DNA of 64,000 nucleotides from Candidatus Eiseniibacteriota bacterium (GTDB lineage Bacteria; Eisenbacteria; RBG-16-71-46): NCBI GenBank assembly GCA_963744995.1, contig CAVUWA010000011.1, positions 320,001 to 384,000 of the forward strand, read 5' to 3'. Shown piece by piece: positions 18,409 to 28,779 of this stretch (position 1 is its first letter; each line of letters starts with the position of its first letter). The notes under the pieces were generated by a model. It saw only the letters and a program-made list of their open reading frames with translations, ran no database searches and was not told where the DNA came from. The position numbers and the translations under genes were made by a program.

Positions 18409-18786
18409 ATGGGCGAGAGACCCGTCGGTCGGCGCGTCATGCGCATCGCGCTGCTCGTGACGCTGGGGCTGCCGCTCGCGTGCGGCGCGCCGCGCGAGGT
18501 CCATTACACGCCGGCGCTCGCGGTGCCGTCCGCCGTTCACCAGGCGGCGGGGACGCTGAGGGGCGACTTCGACCTCGCCGCCCGGGCCCGCAGCGCTGCC
18601 GAGGCGGTATCCCTCTGGCGGGACTTCATCCGGCGCTACGAGCCGCCCGACGGTGAGTACGAGGACGAGTTCCAGAAGAACCTGCTGGATACGGCCAAGC
18701 TCGAGCTCGCCCGGGCCCACTATCTCCTGGGCGAAGCGGCCGCCGGCGATTCGGTGCTGAAGGCCCTGAACCCGCTGCAGCTCTGA
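18409..18786 (+). CDS. Small lipoprotein, putative amidase immunity protein
   Basis: MRIALLVTLGLPLAC lipobox (alternative start 18439). Begins 1 nt after the amidase stop. Confidence 0.6.
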   Translation: MGERPVGRRVMRIALLVTLGLPLACGAPREVHYTPALAVPSAVHQAAGTLRGDFDLAARARSAAEAVSLWRDFIRRYEPPDGEYEDEFQKNLLDTAKLELARAHYLLGEAAAGDSVLKALNPLQL

Positions 18787-18826
18787 CCCCCGGCCACTCC
18801 CGGGCCCGCGCCCGCGGGCCGCGCGT

Positions 18827-21574
18827 TCAATCGAACTCGTATCCGAACTCGCCGTTCTCGACCTTCACGTGCACGCGGCTCATCGGCTGGCCTTCCATCA
18901 GCCGCTTGAGGAACTCCGCGCTCACCGCGGGGAGCACGGTGTTGGTCAGGATGGCGTCGATCATGCGGCCGCCGCTCTCGAGCTCGGTGCAGCGGCTCAC
19001 GACCAGCTTCACGACCTCATCGGTGTATGTGAACGGCAGCTTGTGGTTCGCCCGCACCCGCTTCTCGATGCGCCGCAGCTGCAGCTTCGCGATCTCGCCG
19101 ATCATGGCGTCGCTCAAGGGATAGTACGGGATCGTCACGATGCGGCCGAGCAGGGCCGCCGGGAACACCTTGAGCAGCGGCTCGCGCAGCGATTTCGCGA
19201 TCGCCTCGGGCTCCGGCATCAGCTCGGGGTCCTTGCAGAGGCTCATGATCAGCTCGCTGCCGGCGTTGGTGGTGAGCAGGATCAGCGTGTTCTTGAAGTC
19301 GATGTAGCGGCCCTCGCCGTCCTCCATCCAGCCCTTGTCGAAGACCTGGAAGAAGATCTCGTGCACGTCGGGGTGCGCCTTTTCGACCTCGTCGAGCAGC
19401 ACGACGCTGTAGGGGCGCCGGCGCACGGCTTCGGTCAGCACGCCGCCTTCGCCGTAGCCGACGTAGCCGGGGGGCGCGCCCTTCAGGGTCGAAACGGTGT
19501 GCGCCTCCTGGAACTCGCTCATGTTGATCGTGATCACGTTCTGCTCGCCGCCGTAGAGCGCTTCGGCGAGCGCCAGCGCGGTCTCGGTCTTGCCGACGCC
19601 CGAGGTCCCGGCCAGCATGAACACGCCGATCGGCTTGCCCGGGTTGTCGAGCTTCGCGCGCGAGGTCTGGATGCGGCGCGCGATCATCTCCATCGCGTGG
19701 TTCTGGCCGATCACGCGCTGGGCGAGCGTGTTCGCGAGGTTCAGGATCGATTCGACCTCGTTCTTGACCATGCGGCCGACCGGCACGCCGGTCCAGTCGC
19801 CGACCACTGATGCCACCGCCTGCTCGCCGACCGTGGGCAGGATCAGCGGATCCTCGCCCTGCATCTCGGCCAGTTTGCGGTCGAGCGCCTTCAGCTCGCC
19901 GAGCAGCTTCTCGCGCTGCTTCGGCGTGAGCTTCGGCACCGGCGCCGCAGACTCGACCTTCGCGGCGTCCGCGGCCGTCTCGGCCTTCGTCTCCTCCTTG
20001 CTGCCCGTGCCTTCGACCTTGCCGGTCACCCCGCGCAGCTGCGCGCGCTTCTCGAGGATTTCGTCCACCAGTGCCTTCTCTTCGTTCCAGCGCTTCTCGA
20101 GGACGGCGAGGCGTTCCTTCTCGGCGGCGAGCTTCTCCTTCGCGTCCGTCTCGCGGGTGCCGATCTCGAAGCCGGCATCGGTTTCGCGGCCGATGATCTC
20201 GAGCTCGGTGTCGAGCGCTTCGATGCGGCGCCGCGAATCCTCGACCTCGGCGGGCACCGCGTGCTGGCTGATCGCGACGCGCGCGCACGCCGTGTCGAGC
20301 AGACTCACCGACTTGTCGGGCAGCTGCCGCGCCGGGATGTAGCGATGCGAGAGCCGTACGGAGGACTCGATCGCCTCGTCCAGCACCTGCACGCGGTGGT
20401 GCTTCTCGAGCGCGGAGGTCGTGGCGCGCATCATGAGGATCGCCTTGTCCTCGGACGGCTCGTCCACCTTCACCACCTGGAAGCGCCGGGTGAGCGCGGG
20501 GTCCTTCTCGATGTACTTCTTGTATTCGGCCCAGGTGGTGGCGGCCACCGTGCGCAGGGTGCCGCGCGCGAGCGCGGGCTTCAGCAGGTTCGCGGCGTCG
20601 CCGGTGCCCGCCGCGCCGCCCGCGCCGATCAGGGTGTGGGCCTCGTCCACGAACAGGATGATCGGCTTCGGCGAGCGCTGCACCTCTTCGATCACCTGAC
20701 GCAGGCGGTTCTCGAACTCGCCCTTCATGCTGGCGCCGGCCTGCAGCAGCCCCACGTCGAGCGTGCGCAGCGTGACGTCCTTCAAGGGCGGCGGTACGTC
20801 GCCGTTGGCGATACGCAGCGCGAAGCCCTCGACCACCGCGGTCTTGCCGACCCCGGCCTCGCCGGTGAGGATCGGGTTGTTCTGGCGGCGCCGCATGAGG
20901 ATGTCCACCACCTGGCGGATCTCCTCGTCGCGGCCGACGATCGGGTCGATCTTGCCCTGCCGGGCCTGCTCGGTGAGGTCGACCGTGAACTGCTTGAGCG
21001 CCTCCTGCTTGCCCATGGCCGCGGGTGCCATGGCGCCGCTCGCCTCGCCGGGCGCGGCGCCGCCCGCCTCGAAGCCGTCGCTCGCGCGCATGCCCTCTTC
21101 GGGCGACCCGCCGACCACCTCGCTCCAGCGCTCGGTGAGCGTGTCGGCGCCCACCTTGTCGAACTCCTTCGAGATCGCGATCAGGGCGTGACGCAGGCCG
21201 CGCGTCTTGAGGATGCCGACCACCAGGTGGCCGGTGCGAACCTGCGACTCGCCGAACAGCAGCGACCCGTACACCCAGCCGCGCTCGACGGCCTCTTCGA
21301 CGTGCGAGGACAGGTCGGTGATCGTCGTCGAGCCGCGCGGCAGGCGATCGAGCGATTCGGTCAGGTCGCGCGCGACGTTCGAGGGGTTGAGGTTGAACTG
21401 CTTGATGATGCGGTGCAGGTCCGAGTCCTGGAGCTGCAGGACCTGGTGGAACCAGTGCACCAGCTCCACGTACGGGTTGCCGCGCATCTTGCAGAACACG
21501 GTGGCGCTCTCGATCGCGCGATAGGCGATCGGGTTGAGTTTCCCGAACAGCGCCTCTCTGCTGATTTCGGACAT
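18827..21574 (-). CDS. tssH: T6SS AAA+ ATPase ClpV
   Basis: [12 protein letters not shown]-domain, two Walker A motifs ([16 protein letters not shown]), [11 protein letters not shown]. Confidence 0.97.
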   Translation of the reverse strand: MSEISREALFGKLNPIAYRAIESATVFCKMRGNPYVELVHWFHQVLQLQDSDLHRIIKQFNLNPSNVARDLTESLDRLPRGSTTITDLSSHVEEAVERGWVYGSLLFGESQVRTGHLVVGILKTRGLRHALIAISKEFDKVGADTLTERWSEVVGGSPEEGMRASDGFEAGGAAPGEASGAMAPAAMGKQEALKQFTVDLTEQARQGKIDPIVGRDEEIRQVVDILMRRRQNNPILTGEAGVGKTAVVEGFALRIANGDVPPPLKDVTLRTLDVGLLQAGASMKGEFENRLRQVIEEVQRSPKPIILFVDEAHTLIGAGGAAGTGDAANLLKPALARGTLRTVAATTWAEYKKYIEKDPALTRRFQVVKVDEPSEDKAILMMRATTSALEKHHRVQVLDEAIESSVRLSHRYIPARQLPDKSVSLLDTACARVAISQHAVPAEVEDSRRRIEALDTELEIIGRETDAGFEIGTRETDAKEKLAAEKERLAVLEKRWNEEKALVDEILEKRAQLRGVTGKVEGTGSKEETKAETAADAAKVESAAPVPKLTPKQREKLLGELKALDRKLAEMQGEDPLILPTVGEQAVASVVGDWTGVPVGRMVKNEVESILNLANTLAQRVIGQNHAMEMIARRIQTSRAKLDNPGKPIGVFMLAGTSGVGKTETALALAEALYGGEQNVITINMSEFQEAHTVSTLKGAPPGYVGYGEGGVLTEAVRRRPYSVVLLDEVEKAHPDVHEIFFQVFDKGWMEDGEGRYIDFKNTLILLTTNAGSELIMSLCKDPELMPEPEAIAKSLREPLLKVFPAALLGRIVTIPYYPLSDAMIGEIAKLQLRRIEKRVRANHKLPFTYTDEVVKLVVSRCTELESGGRMIDAILTNTVLPAVSAEFLKRLMEGQPMSRVHVKVENGEFGYEFD

Positions 21575-21600
21575 CGGTGGCTCCTCGGTGGAACGCGGGC

Positions 21601-22695
21601 TCAGCCCGCGAGGCTCACGGGTTCGAAGACGTAGTCACGGGCGTCGTGCGTCGCCTCGGCCGACAGCAGCCAGGTCGTGCGGCCGAGGCCGCAGCGGGCA
21701 TCGAGCCGGGTTGCGGGCACCTCGACCCGTTCGAGAATCACGTTGAGATCCCACCACAGCTCGTCGCCGGTCCACGCCCGCACGATCGCGCGCACGCGGT
21801 CGAGGCTGCGCTCGCCCGGCAGCAGGCGGCGGAACGTGGCGAGATCCACCGGACCGGCGACGACCCGGAACTTCCCCGCGCAATCCCAGACCTGCTCGCC
21901 GAGCGTCGCGGCGCTGCCGAGCACGGCGTGCTCGCTGCCGAGACGGCTGAGCGAGGCCCGCGGCAGGCGGATCCAGTGACCGACGCACTGTTCGATCTCG
22001 ACCGGGAGTCCGAGGAAGCCCGAAAGGATGCGCGCGAGTCCCTCGGCCGGCCGCGACGGCATCGCGAACAGGCCGGCCCAGTGCAGGCGCGTCTCGTCCG
22101 GTACCGCGTCGCGGCCGCGCAGCGTGTCGAGGCCGAGCCCGCCGAACGCGCCCACGTAGAGCGCGAAACGGTCCTCGCCGGGCCGGTCGGCGTGAGTGAC
22201 CGGCTGCGCGTCGGCCCACGCGCGATAGAACATCTGCACGTAGCGGTGGTGGAAGACGTCGGCGAAACGGCGCAGCGTGGGGTCGTGGTGGTTGCGTTCG
22301 CGTTCGCGCGCGTATTCGGTGAGGTGCAGCGGCAAAGGTCCATTGGGACCGAACACGCCGAGGAAGAAGGTGTCGAGCTGCGGCCGCCCGGTGCGCCGCG
22401 TGAACGAAGCGACCGCAGCCGGCGCGAAGGCGAGCGACGGCTCCTGGCCGAAGCGGACCACTTCGTCCTTGAGGCGCGCCGAGCGCGCGAAGCGGGGATG
22501 GTCGGGCATCGTGGCCTCGAGCCAGCGCAGCGCGATGTAGGGATGGAAGCGCCACGGCTCGGCCTCGAGCCGCGCCATGAAGGCCTCGAGCTCGGGGCCG
22601 AAGGCGGCCGCCGGGGTGCTGCCCGGTGCCGTGCCGCCGCGCGTGCCGTCTGCCGGCGTCAGATCAGCGTCCGGTTCCCGACTCTCGCCGGCCAA
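21601..22695 (-). CDS. tssG: T6SS baseplate TssG
   Basis: VRFGQEPSLAF, FLGVFGPNGPLPLHLTE and FADVFHHR motifs. The TTG start overlaps the tssF end. Confidence 0.92.
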   Translation of the reverse strand: MAGESREPDADLTPADGTRGGTAPGSTPAAAFGPELEAFMARLEAEPWRFHPYIALRWLEATMPDHPRFARSARLKDEVVRFGQEPSLAFAPAAVASFTRRTGRPQLDTFFLGVFGPNGPLPLHLTEYARERERNHHDPTLRRFADVFHHRYVQMFYRAWADAQPVTHADRPGEDRFALYVGAFGGLGLDTLRGRDAVPDETRLHWAGLFAMPSRPAEGLARILSGFLGLPVEIEQCVGHWIRLPRASLSRLGSEHAVLGSAATLGEQVWDCAGKFRVVAGPVDLATFRRLLPGERSLDRVRAIVRAWTGDELWWDLNVILERVEVPATRLDARCGLGRTTWLLSAEATHDARDYVFEPVSLAG

Positions 22696-24548
22696 CGGGC
22701 GATCTCCCCGCGGTCCACGGTGCGTGCGACCGTCTCGGTGAATGAGTTGAGCGACACGTAGCGCGCGAAGAACCGCTCGAGCACCGACCCGAGCAGGAAG
22801 ACGCCGGCGCCCTGGAACGCGGCCTCGTCGAACGTGAGACCGATTTCGACGCCGCGCAGCCAGCTGCTGGCGCCTTCCTGCGACACGCGGCGCAGCACCG
22901 GGTGGCTGGCGATCGCGCGCACCCCTTCGATCTGTTTGCGCACCGCGGGCTCGGCGATGTCGCCATAGAGGCCGAGCAGCTCGCGGATCGCGGCGGCGCC
23001 CTGGCGCTCGTCGGTGTCCGACAGCGACAGGTAGTTGAGCGACAGGTGTCCGATCAGCCGCCACGCCGTCTCGCCCTCGGCCATCGGCGGCCGCGGCCGC
23101 GTCGGTCCGGAGATGATGCGCGTGCTGCGCACCGGGGCGCCGGAGACCAGCGTGAAGTCGGTCTTGCCGCTGCCCGGCGAGAGCAGCAGCGGCAGGTCGC
23201 GGTTGGTGCACAGGATCTCCGGCGCGAGCTGTTTGAGGTCCGAACGGTAGGGCGCCTCGCGCGCGTCCACGATCGCGAGGAACACCTCGGTGCCGAGATA
23301 TCCCGAGCGCGGCCCCTGCGTGGCCTGGCGATCCGACATGAGCCGCGGCGCGCGGCGCAGCGTGAAGTACGCCGCCCCGGCGTCCACCGGATGGTCGCGC
23401 ACCGCGTAGAACGGATGGAATGCGCGCGCCCGCGCGCCGCCCTCGCTGAAGCCCGAGACTTCGGTCACGTCGTAGACCTCGAAGTCCATCGGCCGTGTGC
23501 GGTCGGCCAGCACCTGGTATTCGTAGTCGCGCTCGTTCAGGTGGATGCGGTCGGCACGGCGCGGGAACAGATTGATCGCGGGCGTCGCGAACAGCGTGAA
23601 GTGCGACTCGTCCATGCTCTCGTCGAGCATCGGATCGGCCCGATCGAGCAGCACGATCAGGTCCAGCTCGGGACCCTGGGTGCGGCGCACCGCGCCCGCG
23701 AGCTGCGTGAATTCCGCGAACAGGAAGCGCTGCGGGAACGCGAAGTACTCGTTGATCAACCGGTAGCCCGAGAAGCGCCGGTGCGAGGGCGGCAGCAGCG
23801 CCTCGTCGTCTTCGTAGCCCAGGGCGGTGAGGCTCGACGCCGGCAGCACGTGATGCCATTGCGCGGGCGATGCCGCCGGGCGCGCGATCACCTTCACCGC
23901 GTTGGCGACCAGCTGTTCCATGATCCGCACCGGGACGCCTTCGCCGCCGGCAAAGTGCAGCGCGAGCGTATCGAGGCCGAGCTGATCGAAGCGCGAGCCC
24001 GCGGTGGTGCGCAGGCGGATGCGGATGCCGGCCTTCACCTTTCCGGAGCGGATCTCGGGCAGCGCCGGAAGATCGGCGCCGGCGACCGAGCCCGAGAAGC
24101 GCAGGTACTCGACCTCACCGATCTCGATCGGCCACAGCGTCACCGGGTGCGCCGTGCGGTATTCGCACGGCGTCTGTTCGCCCTTGCCGAGGACGCTGCG
24201 CAACGCGCTGCCGCGCGGGATCTCGACGCCGTCGGCGAGGGAGCCCTCCGCGGGCTCCGGCTCGAAGCGGACGATCGCCATGGACGGCACCGGCGCGAGA
24301 TAGCCCGGATAGACGGTCTCCAGCAGGTGCTGGGTGAAGCGCGGGAACTCGGCGTCGATCTTCATCTGCACGCGCGCGGCGAGGAAGCTGAAACTCTCGA
24401 CCAGGCGTTCGACGTACGGGTCCGCGACCTCGAGCCCTTCCATGCCGAGGCGCGCGGCGATCTTCGGATATTCCTTCGCGAATTCGGCGCCGACCTCGCG
24501 CAGGTACTGGAGCTCGCGGTTGTAGTAGTGGAGCAGGCGTCGGTCCAT
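22659..24548 (-). CDS. tssF: T6SS baseplate TssF
   Basis: YYNRELQYLRE...DPYVERLVESFSFL, EYFAFPQRF, NRDLP and YVSLNSFTE motifs. Confidence 0.96.
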   Translation of the reverse strand: MDRRLLHYYNRELQYLREVGAEFAKEYPKIAARLGMEGLEVADPYVERLVESFSFLAARVQMKIDAEFPRFTQHLLETVYPGYLAPVPSMAIVRFEPEPAEGSLADGVEIPRGSALRSVLGKGEQTPCEYRTAHPVTLWPIEIGEVEYLRFSGSVAGADLPALPEIRSGKVKAGIRIRLRTTAGSRFDQLGLDTLALHFAGGEGVPVRIMEQLVANAVKVIARPAASPAQWHHVLPASSLTALGYEDDEALLPPSHRRFSGYRLINEYFAFPQRFLFAEFTQLAGAVRRTQGPELDLIVLLDRADPMLDESMDESHFTLFATPAINLFPRRADRIHLNERDYEYQVLADRTRPMDFEVYDVTEVSGFSEGGARARAFHPFYAVRDHPVDAGAAYFTLRRAPRLMSDRQATQGPRSGYLGTEVFLAIVDAREAPYRSDLKQLAPEILCTNRDLPLLLSPGSGKTDFTLVSGAPVRSTRIISGPTRPRPPMAEGETAWRLIGHLSLNYLSLSDTDERQGAAAIRELLGLYGDIAEPAVRKQIEGVRAIASHPVLRRVSQEGASSWLRGVEIGLTFDEAAFQGAGVFLLGSVLERFFARYVSLNSFTETVARTVDRGEIARWPARVGNRTLI

Positions 24549-24559
24549 GCGTCAGCGCC

Positions 24560-25075
24560 TCACGCCCGACCGGGGTCGGTGTGCTCGGTGACCGTCATGC
24601 TGCCGTCCTCGAGGTCGATTTCGGACTTGAGGTAGAGCCGCGTGGGCAACGGCTGACCCCACAGATCGCCCTCGATCTCGAATGCCAGCGAGTTGCGGTG
24701 CTGTGGATCGTCGGGCATCACCGCAATGACGCGGATGGTCTTCTTCGCGATGCGCGGCTCGAAGCGCACGATCGCGTCGCGGATCGCGCGTTCGAGCTCG
24801 TGTGGATCGATCCCCGACAGCGTGACACCGGCGAGGTCGCGGATCCCGTAGTCGATCACCGATTCGCGCACCAGCGGGAACTCGGAGAGGTCTTCGGTCT
24901 GGCTGAGCGGCGTGGTGTTGAGCAGCCAGGCCAGATCGCGCAGCACGAACTCGCGCAGACGGCGCATGGACACGACGCGCTGATCGCGGGACTCGACCTT
25001 CGACTGCGGCTGGTCGTCGGTGAGGCGGTCGAGCAGCGCGGGCTGCAACCGGTCCTTCGCGACGGGTTCGCTCAT
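24560..25075 (-). CDS. tssE: T6SS baseplate TssE (gp25-like)
   Basis: LQPALLDRL, RDLAWLLN, YGIRD and FEPR motifs. Confidence 0.95.
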   Translation of the reverse strand: MSEPVAKDRLQPALLDRLTDDQPQSKVESRDQRVVSMRRLREFVLRDLAWLLNTTPLSQTEDLSEFPLVRESVIDYGIRDLAGVTLSGIDPHELERAIRDAIVRFEPRIAKKTIRVIAVMPDDPQHRNSLAFEIEGDLWGQPLPTRLYLKSEIDLEDGSMTVTEHTDPGRA

Positions 25076-25082
25076 GCGCGTG

Positions 25083-25925
25083 TCATTCCGCCGCCGGGGC
25101 GGCGTCGATCTCGATGCGGCCGACCTCGAGCAGCGCGAACTCGCCCGTATCGGTCGAGAGCATGCGCTGGCCGAGACCGAAGAACGTATCGGCGGCGATC
25201 TCCTGCCATTCGGTGCGACCGGCGAGCCGGAGCGCGTCGTCCTCGCACGTTTCGGTGCCGGGGTAGCGCGTCGGGATCAGGCCCACCCCCTCGCCGCCGT
25301 TCGCCCATTCGATGTGCACCGGCGTCCACACCATGTCGCGCAGGTCGGCGGGCGGCTCGATGTCGATCCGCTTGAGCCGCTGCACCGGCACCCACATGTA
25401 GCGGCCGAGCACGATCATCTCGAGCACCGGACCGAGCCGCGAGTCGGCGTCGGCGATCCACTCGAACGGCTCGCCCGCGGGCGGGGCGTCGCCCGCGCCC
25501 GTGGCCCCCGCGCGAATCACGCGGCCAGCGCTCGCCGGCGCGGCCTCGAACGCCTCCGCCCGCAACGACTGGGCGCGATCGTGCGCCCCTTCGCCCGAGC
25601 GTTTGAGCGCCTCCAGCAGAAGTGCGATCCATGGCTCGGGATCGCCGAACACGACCGGCGACCGTTCGCCCGCGAACACGGCGCGGCGCAGGGCTTCGCA
25701 CTTCAGCGCCTCGCGGTACATGTGCACCATGTCGAGGCGCCCGGGGTCGAGTTCGCCCGCGACGCCGAGCTGCGCGATCGCGCGATCCCACTGACCGAGC
25801 ACCGCGAGGAGCTGGAACAGGAACGTGCGGAGCGCGGCGTCGCCGGGCGACTTGCGCACCTGCTGCTGCAGCTCGGCCAGCGTCTCCGCCAGCGGGCGGC
25901 CCTTGAGGTCCAGCGCAGAGTTCAT
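25083..25925 (-). CDS. tagJ: T6SS accessory TagJ (ImpE/SciE)
   Basis: LFQLLAVLGQWDRA, WIADADSRLGPVLE, DLRDMVW and IPTRYPG motifs. Confidence 0.92.
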   Translation of the reverse strand: MNSALDLKGRPLAETLAELQQQVRKSPGDAALRTFLFQLLAVLGQWDRAIAQLGVAGELDPGRLDMVHMYREALKCEALRRAVFAGERSPVVFGDPEPWIALLLEALKRSGEGAHDRAQSLRAEAFEAAPASAGRVIRAGATGAGDAPPAGEPFEWIADADSRLGPVLEMIVLGRYMWVPVQRLKRIDIEPPADLRDMVWTPVHIEWANGGEGVGLIPTRYPGTETCEDDALRLAGRTEWQEIAADTFFGLGQRMLSTDTGEFALLEVGRIEIDAAPAAE

Positions 25926-26034
25926 GACATCCCCGCGGAAGAGAGCGTGCGCCCGCCGCGGCGGCCGGGCAGGCGCGAATGCGGGGCGTGCCGGCGGGTG
26001 GCACAGCGCCCACCCGCCGGACACCCGGAGAGGA

Positions 26035-26511
26035 TCAGTACGGCTTGTTGACCGCCAGGTCCCACTTCTTGGGCGTGCCGGTCACGACCTTCTTGCCGTC
26101 GAACGTGTCGTACTGCACCGAGACCTTGGTGAAGTTGATCGACACCGATTCGCTCGGATTGTCGCCGCCCGAGCTGGCCGAATAGCTCGAGACCATCGCC
26201 TCTTCGAGCAGGATCGTCAGGAACACACGCGTGTCCTGGCCGGAGACCTGCAGCAGGTGGATCGTGCAGGTGCCGAGGCTCTCGCCGCCGCAGGCCTGCG
26301 CGAACAGCTCGGGCGACGCCTGGTCGGCGGCGCGTGCGAACGTGACCTCGCTCACCGACGGCGGGCTGGGCTCGCGCTTGGCGCTGCCGCCGGTCGGCTG
26401 CGGGATCGAGCGGCCGACGCCGAACGACATCGAATCCGCGTTCAGCCAGCCCTCGTGCCCGGACACCTTCGCAAGGCCTTTGATCTCGGTGGCGAATTTG
26501 AAAAGGATCAC
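26035..26511 (-). CDS. hcp: T6SS tube protein Hcp
   Basis: IKG...HEGW, DQASPEL, PSESVSINF and WDL motifs. AGGAGG RBS, located after tssC. Confidence 0.93.
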   Translation of the reverse strand: MILFKFATEIKGLAKVSGHEGWLNADSMSFGVGRSIPQPTGGSAKREPSPPSVSEVTFARAADQASPELFAQACGGESLGTCTIHLLQVSGQDTRVFLTILLEEAMVSSYSASSGGDNPSESVSINFTKVSVQYDTFDGKKVVTGTPKKWDLAVNKPY

Positions 26512-26630
26512 CGCTGCCTCCTGGTTCGGCCGCCGTCAGGCAGCCCGGTGGATTGCATGTCGTTCCGCGTCGCTCGCGGCCGGCGCTCGAGACGCCGTGC
26601 AGGGTGAACCGGCCGCGCGCGGACGGAGAA

Positions 26631-28121
26631 CTATTTCTTCCCGGACGGAAGCTTCGACACCAGCCGCAGGGACACCGTGAGCCCCTCGAGCTGGTAGTGC
26701 GGGCGCAGGAAGAACTTGGACGAGTAATACCCGGGGTTGCCTTCGATCTCCTCGACAACCACCTCGGCGCCGGCGAGCGGCTTCCTCGCCTTGTCCGCGT
26801 CGGTCGCCGTGGCCGGATTGGTGAGCACGTACTGGCCGATCCAGTTGTTGAGCCAGGTTTCCATGTCGCCGCGTTCCTTGAACGAGCCGATTTTGTCGCG
26901 AACGATGCACTTGAGGTAGTGCGCGAAGCGGCAGCTCGCGAAGAGGTACGGCAGCCGCGCCGCCAGGTTTGCGTTCGCGGTCGCGTCGGGATCGTCGTAC
27001 TCGGCCGGCTTCTGCAGCGACTGCGCGCCGATGAAGGCCGCGAAGTCGGAGTTCTTGCGGTGCACGAGCGGCATGAAGCCGTTCTTCGCCAGCTCGGCCT
27101 CGCGGCGGTCGCTGATCGCGATCTCGGTCGGGCACTTCATGTCCACGCCGCCGTCGTCGGTCGGGAACGTGTGGGTCGGCAGCCCCATCACCGCACCGCC
27201 GGACTCGACGCCGCGAATCTGCGAGCACCAGCCGTATTCCTTGAAGGAGCGGTTGATGTTCACGGCCATCGCGTACGCCGAATTGGCCCATGCGTACTTG
27301 TCGTGCTTCGCGCCCTCGGTGTCCTCTTCGAACGCGAATTCCTCGACCGGATTGGTCTTCTCGCCGTACGGCAGGCGGGCGAGGAAGCGCGGCATCGCGA
27401 GACCCAGGTAGCGCGCGTCGTCCGACTCGCGCAACGAGCGCCAGGCCGCGTACTCGGGAGTGCTGAAGATCTTGGTGAGATCGCGCGGGTTGGCCAGCTC
27501 CTGCCACGAGTCCATCTGCATGAGCGTGGGCGACGCCCCGGTGATGAACGGCGCGTGGGCCGCCGCGGCGACCTGCGCCATTTCGCCGAGCAGCTCGACG
27601 TCGGGCGGGCTGTGGTCGAAGTGGTAGTCGCCGACGATGCAGCCGTAGGGTTCGCCGCCGAACTGACCGTATTCCTCTTCGTAGAACTTCTTGAACAGCG
27701 GGCTCTGGTCCCACGCGGTGCCCTTGAACTTCTTGAGCGTCTTGCCCACGTCCTTCTTGCTGATGTTCAGGACGCGGATCTTCAGCTGCTCGTCGGTCTC
27801 GGTGTTGTTGACCAGATGGTGCAGGCCGCGCCAGGCGCCCTCGAGCTGCTGGAACTCGTCGTTGTGCAGGATGAGGTTGATCTGCTCGGTGAGCTTGCGG
27901 TCGATCGCCGCGATCATCGAGTCGATGGAGTTGAGCGCGTCGTCGGAGATCAGCGCCGAATCGGCGAGCGCCTGCTCCGCCAGCGTCTTCACCGCGGTCT
28001 CGACGGCCTCCCTGGCGCGATCGGACTTCGGCTTGAACTGCTTCTTGAGCAACGACGAGAACTCGGAAGCCTCGATCGTTTCGCCCTGTGCCTGGCTTTC
28101 CTGAGCCTTTTCTTCCGCCAT
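26631..28121 (-). CDS. tssC: T6SS contractile sheath large subunit
   Basis: FQQLEGAWRGL, EEYGQFGGEPYG, RFLARLPYG, IRGVESGG and LRPHYQLEGL motifs. Confidence 0.98.
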   Translation of the reverse strand: MAEEKAQESQAQGETIEASEFSSLLKKQFKPKSDRAREAVETAVKTLAEQALADSALISDDALNSIDSMIAAIDRKLTEQINLILHNDEFQQLEGAWRGLHHLVNNTETDEQLKIRVLNISKKDVGKTLKKFKGTAWDQSPLFKKFYEEEYGQFGGEPYGCIVGDYHFDHSPPDVELLGEMAQVAAAAHAPFITGASPTLMQMDSWQELANPRDLTKIFSTPEYAAWRSLRESDDARYLGLAMPRFLARLPYGEKTNPVEEFAFEEDTEGAKHDKYAWANSAYAMAVNINRSFKEYGWCSQIRGVESGGAVMGLPTHTFPTDDGGVDMKCPTEIAISDRREAELAKNGFMPLVHRKNSDFAAFIGAQSLQKPAEYDDPDATANANLAARLPYLFASCRFAHYLKCIVRDKIGSFKERGDMETWLNNWIGQYVLTNPATATDADKARKPLAGAEVVVEEIEGNPGYYSSKFFLRPHYQLEGLTVSLRLVSKLPSGKK

Positions 28122-28125
28122 GTTC

Positions 28126-28635
28126 TCAGCCCTCCGCTTCTTCGGTCTTCGGGCTCGACGCCAGAGCCTGGAGCAGCGCCGGATCGCTGAGCGCCTGGGC
28201 GATCAGCTTCTCGGCGCCGGTCTTGCCGTCCATGTACGTCTTGAGGTTCGCCAGCTGCGTGCGGGCTTCCAGCAGCTTGTTGAGCGCTTCGACCTTGCGC
28301 GCGACCGCGGCAGGGGAGAAGTCGTCCATGCTTTCGAACGTGATGTCCACCGCGAGATTGCCCTCGCCGGTGAGCGTGTTCGGCACCGTGAACTGCACTT
28401 TCGGCTTCATGGACTTCAGACGTTCGTCGAAGTTGTCCACGTCGATTTCGAGCGCCTTGCGATCGGCGACCGCCGGCAGCTCGTCCCCGGACTTCCCGGA
28501 GAGGTCGGCCATGACGCCCATCACGAACGGCAGCTGGATCTTCTTCTCAGCCCCGTAGAGTTCGACGTCGTACTCGATCTGCACCCGCGGCGCACGATTG
28601 CGGGCGATGAACTTCTGGCTGCTCTTCTTGGCCAT
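28126..28635 (-). CDS. tssB: T6SS contractile sheath small subunit
   Basis: RAPRVQIEYDVE, LPFVMGVMADLSG and DDFSP motifs. Confidence 0.98.
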   Translation of the reverse strand: MAKKSSQKFIARNRAPRVQIEYDVELYGAEKKIQLPFVMGVMADLSGKSGDELPAVADRKALEIDVDNFDERLKSMKPKVQFTVPNTLTGEGNLAVDITFESMDDFSPAAVARKVEALNKLLEARTQLANLKTYMDGKTGAEKLIAQALSDPALLQALASSPKTEEAEG

Positions 28636-28720
28636 GAAACACCTCCTCCCGGGTGGCAACAGACGGCCCCCCGGGAACGGGAAGCCGGGCGGCTAAGCAC
28701 TTCTGAAACGGAAGGTTGTT

Positions 28721-28748
28721 ACTCTAGGCGCTGCACTCGAAGTGTCAA
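28721..28748 (-). promoter_or_regulatory. Putative internal sigma70 promoter for tssB-tssC-hcp
   Basis: TTGACA-16bp-TAGAGT in the tssA-tssB intergenic region. Confidence 0.6.
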
Positions 28749-28779
28749 GAACCGAGGGCGTCGAAGGGTCAAGCGACGG

